From NCBI GenBank assembly GCA_017445015.1, contig JAFSVL010000078.1:33909-97908 (forward strand): 64,000 bases of DNA. The letters are read 5' to 3'. This stretch comes from Bacteroidales bacterium (GTDB lineage: Bacteria; Bacteroidota; Bacteroidia; Bacteroidales; UBA932). The notes below the pieces were generated by a model. The model ran no database searches. It saw only the letters and a program-made list of their open reading frames with translations, and was not told the origin of the DNA. The position numbers and the translations under genes are program-made. Of this stretch, positions 48,386 through 57,500 are shown piece after piece. The stretch's first letter is position 1, and each line of letters begins with the position of its first letter.

Positions 48386-49668
48386 TGAAAACAAGAAAGA
48401 GTCTTATCTTACTGGCGGCGGCAGTGCTTCTGTCTCCCCTCGCCTCCTCCTGCCTCAAGGACCAGGCGGACATTTTCGAGAAGCCGTCATCCACACGTAT
48501 GCAGGAATTTCTTGAAAATGTAAGGACCGTCCTGAAGGAGGCCGACAAAGGATGGATGCTGTCCTATTATCCCGGCTCCACCTCCCCGACCTGCTATATC
48601 GGCGTGGAGTTCACGGACCAGGAAGTCGTGGCTTACAGCCAGGGCGCCCCTGAAGAAGGTGTCAAATCGACATACGTCCTTTCCACCAATGACGGGGCCG
48701 TACTTTCGTTCGACACCTACAATACCGCCATCCATTATTATGCGACGCCCGATGCAAGCCACTATCAGGCTCGCGGAGGGGATTTCGACTTCGATATCAT
48801 GAACGTCGGAGAAGACCGCATCGTACTGCGCGGAAAACGGTCCCGCAATTATTGCTATCTCGACCGGCTCAAGGTCAGCGCTACCGAATTCCTCGAGGAA
48901 ATCAATGAAGCCCAGAACGACTTTGACATCGTATCCTTCAGGGGAGAAATCACCGGAGGTCTCGTGGAAGGGTTCCTCGACGGAGTGTCCAACACCCTGT
49001 CCATCGGCCGAAAGGGAGCCGAAACGGCGGAAATGACCACCGCGCGCTACATGATCGTGCCCGGTGGAATCCATATCAACGAGCCTTTCACCTTCCAGGG
49101 CGTGGAATTCCAGGATTTCACCTACGACAAGGAAGCGGGAACCTTCACCGGCTCCGGGCTCACCTTCCAGAAGGTCGTCCCCGAAGGCTTCGTACCTTAC
49201 AGAGATTATCTGGGCGACTGGACCTTCAACTACGACGGCGGGAGTTTCCCTGTCGAAATCGTTGCGTTCGAAGAAGGCAGTTCCTTCAAGATCAAGGGCC
49301 TGTCCGAATACTTCGAACCCGTCATCGGCTACAATGCCGCGCGCGGATACCTTACCTGGCTCGTCCAGGCCATCGGTTCCGCCGGAGCCATCGACATTAT
49401 GCTGTGCGCCTGGGATTCCACCGCCGGCTATCTCACATGGAACACCGAAGACCCTGTAGGACTTGACGGTTTCGTGGAAGACAACACCGTAGAGAATCTC
49501 AAGGTCAACTGGGAGTACAACGGAGTCTGGGGCTCGTACAGCAATGACAGCTGGCTCATCTGGGGCCTGAGCGGAGGCTCATCCGCAGGGGCTTACAGCG
49601 ACTGGAGTTTCGCCACAGGCAACTACCAGCTCCCCGGTCCTCTTTCCATGGTCAAAATCGCAGAATAG
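48382..49668 (+). CDS. DUF4302-like lipoprotein
   Basis: Lipobox ASSC; FEKPSSTR, GW..YYP, LSFDTYN..IH, GDFDF and LRGKRS motifs; C-terminal YRDYLGDW module. Confidence 0.75.
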   Translation: MMKTRKSLILLAAAVLLSPLASSCLKDQADIFEKPSSTRMQEFLENVRTVLKEADKGWMLSYYPGSTSPTCYIGVEFTDQEVVAYSQGAPEEGVKSTYVLSTNDGAVLSFDTYNTAIHYYATPDASHYQARGGDFDFDIMNVGEDRIVLRGKRSRNYCYLDRLKVSATEFLEEINEAQNDFDIVSFRGEITGGLVEGFLDGVSNTLSIGRKGAETAEMTTARYMIVPGGIHINEPFTFQGVEFQDFTYDKEAGTFTGSGLTFQKVVPEGFVPYRDYLGDWTFNYDGGSFPVEIVAFEEGSSFKIKGLSEYFEPVIGYNAARGYLTWLVQAIGSAGAIDIMLCAWDSTAGYLTWNTEDPVGLDGFVEDNTVENLKVNWEYNGVWGSYSNDSWLIWGLSGGSSAGAYSDWSFATGNYQLPGPLSMVKIAE

Positions 49669-49676
49669 TTATGCAT

Positions 49677-50948
49677 ATGAAAAAATACTTCGCAATATTG
49701 ACCGCGGCGGCGCTGGCACTGGCATCATGCCAGCCCCAGCAGCCTGACGGCTCAAAATACGCCCCGGCACCCAAACTGCCCACTTCCACCGGAACCGTGC
49801 AGTTCGGAGATGAAGGCGGTTCCTCCTATGTCGGCGTCACCACCGAAGAGGCTATCGAAGCCGAATCCAACAGGGACTGGGCCGTCGTGACCGTTGACAG
49901 GTACGGCTTCAGCGTCGATGCCGGGAAAAACACGGACATCGAAACACGCTACGCCATCATCTCGGTCAAATCCGGCGGACTTGAGGCTTCCGTACAGGTC
50001 GTCCAGTTCGGAAGCAGCACCAAGTACGACTGGAACGACAGTTACAGTTTCACCTACAACGGAGGCACCCTTTCCCTGCTCTACCGCACCGAGGCGACCG
50101 TCATCGTCAAGATCAACGGCGGAAACTGGATCAGCGCGGAGCCCAAGGACGGCGTTCTCACCGTTACGGTGGAAAAGAACCCCTACAAGGAGGCCCGCGA
50201 AGGCTCCATCGACTGGCAGGCCGGAGAAGACGTCCGCAGCTTCACCATCAGCCAGGCTGCGAATCCTTCCGGCGGGACTCCCGGCGGGGACGATCCTGAC
50301 GAACCGACGGGGAACGTACTCTTCAGCGAGGATTTTGAGAACATCGACAACCTGGGCGAATGGTCTCTCTTTGACGCTGACGGAGACGAAAACACGTGGA
50401 ATTATGGCGACGGTCTGGCTTCTCATTCCGGAATAGGCATTCTTTACAGTGCCTCATACATCAATGGTACGGGGGCTCTGACACCGGATAACTGGGTAAT
50501 CACTCCCGCCATCAAGCTTTCTACAGACAATTATGTCAGTTTCTGGGTGGCAGGACAAGACCCGGACTGGGACAGCGAGCACTATGGTGTTTATATTTCC
50601 ACTACCGAACCCCAGACCGGTGCAGACCTTGCTTCGTTCGAGAAACTCTTTGAGGCCACCAATCCGGTGGATGACCCTATGGAAGAGGAAATCATCCCGT
50701 ATGAGGCAACCGACGGCACCTCAAATATTACCTGGCAGCGTATAGCGGTAAAAATCCCGGATGCTTATGACAACGCGCCGGCATATATCGCCTTCCGTCA
50801 CTTCAACTGTACCGATATGTTTGTCCTTAACCTGGACGACGTCATGGTGACGAAGGGCATGCCGGAGAAAACCGTTGCGTCCGCGTCGGTTTCCGCTGCA
50901 CGGCAACCCCGCAATATTGTTCTTTCGCCCGACTTCAAGAGAAAGTAA
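49677..50948 (+). CDS. Lipoprotein with two BACON-like domains and a cleaved-adhesin (choice-of-anchor J)-like domain
   Basis: Lipobox LASC; W..V...N....R BACON patterns; FSEDFE, DADGD, LTPDNWVITP, YIAFRHFNCTDMF and LDDV motifs. Confidence 0.8.
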   Translation: MKKYFAILTAAALALASCQPQQPDGSKYAPAPKLPTSTGTVQFGDEGGSSYVGVTTEEAIEAESNRDWAVVTVDRYGFSVDAGKNTDIETRYAIISVKSGGLEASVQVVQFGSSTKYDWNDSYSFTYNGGTLSLLYRTEATVIVKINGGNWISAEPKDGVLTVTVEKNPYKEAREGSIDWQAGEDVRSFTISQAANPSGGTPGGDDPDEPTGNVLFSEDFENIDNLGEWSLFDADGDENTWNYGDGLASHSGIGILYSASYINGTGALTPDNWVITPAIKLSTDNYVSFWVAGQDPDWDSEHYGVYISTTEPQTGADLASFEKLFEATNPVDDPMEEEIIPYEATDGTSNITWQRIAVKIPDAYDNAPAYIAFRHFNCTDMFVLNLDDVMVTKGMPEKTVASASVSAARQPRNIVLSPDFKRK

Positions 50949-53588
50949 ATGAAACGGATTCTCCGCATAGCCGTCAGCTTCGCATGTATCGTTTCCTGTA
51001 CTGCGGAGACGCTTTCCGACACCGCGACCGTGCCCTCGGACAGGGGGCCGGCCGCTGAGCCGGAGTTTTCCCGCACCGCGCAGGAAAACTTCCGCGGCAT
51101 GCTGCCGGGGAAAGCGCTCGTGTATGTGAGCGAAGAACTGGCGGAGCAACTGGAGAAGAAAGCCAGCGAACCGGCCGAATGGTCGCTCCTGAAAAAGGAA
51201 ATCAAACTGACCGGATCCGAACGCCTCTTCCCCGATGCCGGAGAATATGAACCCCGCACGCGCCGGGAAGGGCTGCACCGATGGTATATCGTGGACTACA
51301 GCCGCGATATAGCGCCGGAAAGCGCCATAGAAACCATCGGGGCCGTTCCCGGGATACAAAGCGCCGAGCCGTGCCGGGTCATCCGGCAGCACGTCGCCGT
51401 CAACGACCCTCACTGGAGCAAGATGTGGGGCATGAACAACACCACCTATCCGGGTTACGACGTGAACTGCAAACCGGTGTGGGACAACTACACCATGGGG
51501 CGCTCCAACGTGACGGTGGCCGTAGTGGACGGAGGATTCCAGCTCAACCATCCGGACCTGGCCGCCAACGTCGCTGCGTCCGGCCACTACAACTATGTTG
51601 ACAACAATACCACCATTTACCAGCATTTCCACGGCACGCATGTGGCCGGGACCATCGGCGCGGTAAATAACAACGGAACCGGCGTGACCGGGATCGCAGG
51701 CGGCAACGCGGCTGCCGGACAGCTCGGTGTCAAGCTGCTGTCGCTGCAGGTGTTCAAGACCCTGGACAACGGGCAGGACGCCAGCGCGGCGAACTTCTCC
51801 AGGGCCCTGAAAGAAGCGGCGGACAAAGGCGCTCTCATCTCCCAGAACAGTTGGGGACACTACTTCGATTTCAACGACGACGGTCAGATTACCGGCTATG
51901 AGCTCACCTACGCAAGGAATGCCCATGAGAACCCGGAACGCTCGTTTACGCAGGCCGTGGATTATTTCAACAAATACGCCGGCTGCGACAATGACGGCAA
52001 TCAGAAAGCCTCGTCGCCGATGAAGGGCGGCGTGGTCATCTTTGCGGCCGGCAACGAAGACATTCCCTACGGCTCGCCCGGCAATTATGACGGCTGTCTT
52101 TCCGTAGGCGCCATCAACCGCAACGGAACCCGTGCCTATTTCTCCAACTACGGCGAGTGGGTCGATATCTGCGCTCCCGGAGTGGATGTGTACAGCACCT
52201 ATCTCAACGGGCAATACACCTACATGAGCGGGACTTCCATGGCCTGCCCCCATGCGTCCGGCGTCGCCGCCCTCGTCCTTTCCCACCTCGGGGGGCAGGG
52301 TTTTACGGCGGATGAACTCCGGGCGCGCCTTACCACCGGAGCAAAGGCGATTGCGCCGTCAACCGGCAGCAAGCCCATAGGTCCGCTCGTGGACGCGATG
52401 GGGGCCATCAACATGAACGCATCGGGGAAAACGCCCGATAAAATCGAAGATGCGAAGACCGCGGCCGTCGGACACAACCTCACGGTGGATTTCACTTCCA
52501 ACGGAGCCTACGCCTACATGGCAATAGCCGGCAGGCAGAAATCCGCGGTCGCAAACGCGGACCTGTACAACCCCTCGTCCGCGCTTGTAACCGCCACCAG
52601 GATTGCCTCCGCATCCGACACACAGGGAACACCGATGTCCATCCTGCTGGCCGGGCTTGCGCCCGACACCGACTACTACGTGACCGTGGTCGCCTACAGT
52701 TACGACAAAAAGTTCTCGCCACTCTCGGACATCCAGACCATCAGAACCGGACAGAACCAAAAACCGGTTTACAACATTTCCGATTATCCTGTAGGAGGGT
52801 TCTCCTTCCCGCATCACAGCATCGTCAGCCTGCCCGTCACGTTCAGCGACCCGGACGGCGATGCCATGACCGTGACCTTCAAGACCTCCGGACGCGCTTC
52901 ACTTGACCCCAACAACGGCTCCGAAGGGCTTTACAACTTCAAGCTCATGTGCCCTCTCGCCGCGCCCGGCAGTTATACAGCCACCCTTGAGGTGAAGGAT
53001 GAGGTCGGAGCAAGCACGCGGGGTACGATATTTTATACCATACTCCCCAATACCGCACCGGAAAAAGTCAAGGACTTTGAGGTTGTGCTGTTGGAGAGCG
53101 AGACCGCGTCCGCCGAAATCAACCTCGGAGAATATTTCAACGATCCTGACGGAGAGCCGCTCTTCTTCCGCGCCACCTCCATGGATGCCAAAGTGGCTTC
53201 CGCAACCGTGGATGACGACGGGAAACTGACCGTCAGCGCCGTTTCGGGCGGTGTATGCACCGTGCAGATTGTTGCCGAAGACCATGAGAGCGAGAGGGTC
53301 GAGGCTCCGCTTACCGTACTCGTACGTCCGAAGGACTCCCCCGAAGTATTCATGTCAGGGAGCAATATCGTTACCGGAGGCAATCTCACGGTCATCCCCG
53401 GCATCGAAGAATCGCTCACCCGCGTACGCCTTATCTCCGCCACGGGAGCGGTCGTTTACAGCAAGGAAGCCGTCTGCAGCGCCGCATCACCGATTGTCAT
53501 CGGTACCGACGCCCTCGCCCCCGGCATCTACGGCCTTGAGGTCGTTTACAAGAAAAAAACATACACCTTCAATATCGTCAAACGATGA
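50949..53588 (+). CDS. S8 subtilisin-like serine protease with prodomain, FN3/Ig-like domains and T9SS-CTD-like tail
   Basis: Catalytic VAVVDGG, HGTHVAG and GTSMACP; lipobox IVSC; C-terminal LAPGIYGLEV...FNIVKR. Confidence 0.92.
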   Translation: MKRILRIAVSFACIVSCTAETLSDTATVPSDRGPAAEPEFSRTAQENFRGMLPGKALVYVSEELAEQLEKKASEPAEWSLLKKEIKLTGSERLFPDAGEYEPRTRREGLHRWYIVDYSRDIAPESAIETIGAVPGIQSAEPCRVIRQHVAVNDPHWSKMWGMNNTTYPGYDVNCKPVWDNYTMGRSNVTVAVVDGGFQLNHPDLAANVAASGHYNYVDNNTTIYQHFHGTHVAGTIGAVNNNGTGVTGIAGGNAAAGQLGVKLLSLQVFKTLDNGQDASAANFSRALKEAADKGALISQNSWGHYFDFNDDGQITGYELTYARNAHENPERSFTQAVDYFNKYAGCDNDGNQKASSPMKGGVVIFAAGNEDIPYGSPGNYDGCLSVGAINRNGTRAYFSNYGEWVDICAPGVDVYSTYLNGQYTYMSGTSMACPHASGVAALVLSHLGGQGFTADELRARLTTGAKAIAPSTGSKPIGPLVDAMGAINMNASGKTPDKIEDAKTAAVGHNLTVDFTSNGAYAYMAIAGRQKSAVANADLYNPSSALVTATRIASASDTQGTPMSILLAGLAPDTDYYVTVVAYSYDKKFSPLSDIQTIRTGQNQKPVYNISDYPVGGFSFPHHSIVSLPVTFSDPDGDAMTVTFKTSGRASLDPNNGSEGLYNFKLMCPLAAPGSYTATLEVKDEVGASTRGTIFYTILPNTAPEKVKDFEVVLLESETASAEINLGEYFNDPDGEPLFFRATSMDAKVASATVDDDGKLTVSAVSGGVCTVQIVAEDHESERVEAPLTVLVRPKDSPEVFMSGSNIVTGGNLTVIPGIEESLTRVRLISATGAVVYSKEAVCSAASPIVIGTDALAPGIYGLEVVYKKKTYTFNIVKR

Positions 53589-54508
53589 AATACCGCGGAT
53601 TCATACCTGTCCTGCTGCTGGCGGCGCTCAGCCTGGGGGCGTATGCCCAGGAGAATCCCGGGGCTGAAGCGATGGGACTCCTGTCCCTGCACCGCGGTGC
53701 GGCGCGCAGCGCGATGGCAGGCGCCGGAAGCGCGTCGGTTTCATCTTCTGCGGCCTTCGGGGCGTTCGACAATCCGGCGGCCCTGCCTTTCACCACCCGC
53801 ATCGTTGACGCCGCAGCCTCTTACGGGATGTGGGCCCCCGGGTCCGCCGTCGCAAAGAGCGACAATATCAGTCTCGGGGTAACGGCAAAGCCCTGGAAGG
53901 CGCTGGCGCTCAGCGTTGCAGCCGTCAACCAGGCACACCCGGCCCAGAATTTCGGCGACGACACATACAAACCGCTTGACGGTCTCATATCCGCCGGGGC
54001 GGGCGTCGCATTCGGCAAACACGTCGGGATAGGCGCATCATTCATATACGCGCACCAACGCCTGATGCCCGATTATTCCCTTTCCGCATACGCCTTCCAC
54101 ATCGCGGCGCAGTACCATGCCAAAAACATCGACGTTACGGCGGCCGTGAGGAATATCGGCCCCGCGATAAAGTCGGAAAAGGAAAACGAATACGCCCTGC
54201 CGTCCTCCGCGCGTCTGGGGGCCACATACAACGGAAACGTGGGGAAAAGCAATATAGAGGCATCCCTCGACATGGACGTGTACTTCAGCGGGAAATTCAC
54301 CGCAGCTGCGGGGGTGCAGTACTGCTACGACAATCTGCTGTACGCGCGTGCAGGATACCGCTTTGCGGCGCAGGGAGCCCCCCTCCCTTCCCATCTCGCC
54401 CTTGGAATCGGCGTAAAATGGAAGGGCTTCTGCCTCGACGCGGCGTATATAACGGCCAACGACATCATTGGAAATTCATTTGCGATAAGCATAGGATACA
54501 GATATTAA
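53585..54508 (+). CDS. PorV/PorQ-like (FadL-family) outer-membrane beta-barrel
   Basis: Signal peptide, ARSAMAGAG...NPAAL hatch motif, VRNIG, RAGY, C-terminal aromatic residue. Confidence 0.75.
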   Translation: MKYRGFIPVLLLAALSLGAYAQENPGAEAMGLLSLHRGAARSAMAGAGSASVSSSAAFGAFDNPAALPFTTRIVDAAASYGMWAPGSAVAKSDNISLGVTAKPWKALALSVAAVNQAHPAQNFGDDTYKPLDGLISAGAGVAFGKHVGIGASFIYAHQRLMPDYSLSAYAFHIAAQYHAKNIDVTAAVRNIGPAIKSEKENEYALPSSARLGATYNGNVGKSNIEASLDMDVYFSGKFTAAAGVQYCYDNLLYARAGYRFAAQGAPLPSHLALGIGVKWKGFCLDAAYITANDIIGNSFAISIGYRY

Positions 54509-54534
54509 TTATTAACCCAAAATAGTTTTACATT

Positions 54535-57500
54535 ATGAGAAAATCCATTTGGACAGTATTGCTCACGGCGCTCATCGCGCTGCTGACGGCAGGCTGCGAC
54601 ATGGCGGCTGATTATTCCGTCCTCCAGGGACAGGTGAATAATCTCGACCAGAGGGTTTCCGCCCTGGAGCAGGCCGTGCAGAAAATCAACAAGGAGACCG
54701 TTCCCGGTCTGCAGAACCTTGTCAACGCCATCAACCAGAAGCTCACGATTCTTTCCGTGGTGGAAGGTGACGGCGAGTACACCATCACGTTCTCCGACGG
54801 AACCACCGCGGTCCTGCGCGACGGCGTTGACGGTATCGACGGCGTTGACGGTGCCGACGGCCAGGACGGCCAGGACGGAAAAGACGGGAAGGACGGCGAT
54901 GACGGAAAGACCCCCGTCATCAGCATCGCCATGAACGAGGACGGCGTCTATTGCTGGACCGTCAACGGAGCCTGGCTGCTTGACGGCGACGGGAACAAGG
55001 TGCCCGTAACGACCCCCGGCCCCCAGGGCCCCCAGGGTCCTCAGGGCGATCCTGGTGAGCCCGGTGAGCCCGGAGAGCCCGGAGCCTCCGGTAAAGACGG
55101 TAATACCCCTCTCTTCGGCACCAGCTCCGACCACAAGCTCATCGTATCCTACGACAACGGAGCCACCTGGCAGCCTGTGGGCCTGAGCATCATCGACGGT
55201 AGCGGGTTCACCTCCGCCTATATCGACGAAGAGAAATCCACCGAGGATTATATCGTCCTTGTCGTCGGTGACACCGAAGTGCAGATCCCCAAGGAAAAGG
55301 CATTCGCCCTCAAGATTGAATATACCGGCGATTTGGGCAGCGTAGGAATCAACGGCGGCAGCACCCTCGCCCTCCCCTTCACCGTTGAAGGCGCCGGCGC
55401 GGACGACGATGTGACCGTGGACGTGCTCAGCGCAACCGCAGGCCTCAACGCCAGGATTTCCGCCAATTATATCCTTATCACCGCCGACGAAGGGGTCAAC
55501 TCCGGAAAGGTGTTCGTCTTTGCCGACAACAACAAGGGCAAAACCAACATCAAGGTCATCAAGCTGGAAGAAGGCGTACTTGAGGCCATCGCCGATGTGA
55601 GTGCGCAGGTAGGTCCCGAGGGTGGCGAAATCGCCCTCAAGGTCAACACCAACAAGCAGTACAATGTGTTCATTTCCGAGGGAGACGAGTCCTGGCTGTC
55701 CGTCGAAGACGCAGCCTCCAAGGCCGTCCGCACCGACAACCTCGTCATCAAGGTTGCGCCCAATGCCACCGGTGCATACCGTGAGGGAAGCGTCACCATT
55801 ACCGACGACGCTACCGGCGAGACCATCGAGAGTTTTGTCATTCTGCAGCAGCCGAACGCCGATGTGGCCACGGACATCTACTCCATCCGATCCCTCAGCG
55901 ACGGGACCGCGGTAGCGGGCAAAGATGCCGTCGTCCTGGCCTCCTCCAAGGAGGGTGCGCTCGTAGTGGATGCCGACGGCGCATACATCTACCTCAAGAA
56001 GGACGGCAACACCGCGGTGCGCGGCGACAAGGTTTCCTTTGCGGGCGTGAAGAACACCACCGAGGACACGAAAGTCAAGTACGTAGAGGCCGACCTTATC
56101 GAAGTGACGGCCAGCGGACAGGAAGTGACCGATCTTGAATGGATGTACATCGGCGCAGGAGAAAATTACAACTCCATCAACTCCGGTTCCAGCGGCATTC
56201 TCGAGAAAGACGAGAAAGGCTGGTTCATCACCGCGCCCATGGGCTCCCCCATTTACATTGAAGAGCCCCTGGATATCGACCTCGCGGCACTGGAAGGCAA
56301 GGTCATCACCATCAAGGGTTACACTAACGGCGCCACATCTGAATTCTACGGATTCATCGTCAACTCCGTTGAGGAAGTGGTGTTCGAACTGAATCCCAAC
56401 TGGACGCTCAGCTTCGAAGGCGAAGTCACCGAGTCTATCTACACGATGGACGAGATTCTGAACACCGTCTCCGGCGGCAGCGATTATTACGCCATCTACG
56501 GAAACAGCACCTATCCCGTCTCCATGATTGAGCAGGCCGGTTCCCTTGAAAACCTCGCCGCCTACGAGAGTATGCAGGCCGCGGACTGGGTTCAGTACTA
56601 CATGTACGCCTATCAGCAAACCATTGACGACAACGCCAGTATTGAAACCGGCAGCTTCTATCCGGATGCCAAGGGCTACGGCGAATTTGTCGCCTTTGCC
56701 GTCGGAGTTACCGAAGAAGGATACGTAAGCGGCAAATACGCCGTCCTCCAGTACACCAAGGAAGATCCCCACAAGAAGCTTGCCTATGCCGAGTGGCTTG
56801 GGAACTGGAAGGTCGGCGGTGTTGAGTGGACCATCAACCCGAATGTGGAAGGCGAGTCCTACACCGTGCTCGGCGCTATTAGCTACAACAACCTCGAACT
56901 CGAATTCGACGGTCTGTATGTTGACGGCTCTTTCGCCTTCATGGAGAAGGACTTCGGTCCGATTATCGAGGGTTACGAGCACGTGACGATGGGCGGTGAG
57001 TATTATTCAAATACCGAACACTGGGGGCTGAACGATAATCTGACCGAACCTTCTGTCATCTTCTCGGTAACCGGACTCAAGGATGGCAGTTTCGAAATTA
57101 CGCCTGGCCAACTCGAGGGTTACGGGAAATATAATTACATGAGTCTCTGGGGCCTCAAAGCCGACGGCAGCAAGACGGAATTCGCTTATAAGAAAATGCC
57201 TACCATCTGGGAGTGGGTGGATCCGAGTGTGGAGCCCAGCCCGCTTGAGAAGAACTACACGGCCTCCGATATCATCGCCGGGATTTCTCTTGATAAACTC
57301 ACATCCACAAACTGGATTTATTATGCGCGCACAGATGGAGAAATTGCCGAAGACCGCAATGTCGTAGGGTATGTTACGTTCACTGTCGCCGATGATGCAG
57401 GCACGCTTGTAAATGCCAGTGGAATGCTAGGAGAGGACATGCCTGGGCAGCTTCAGTTCCGCTACAATAACGGATTCATTTACAATACCTCCACATATGT

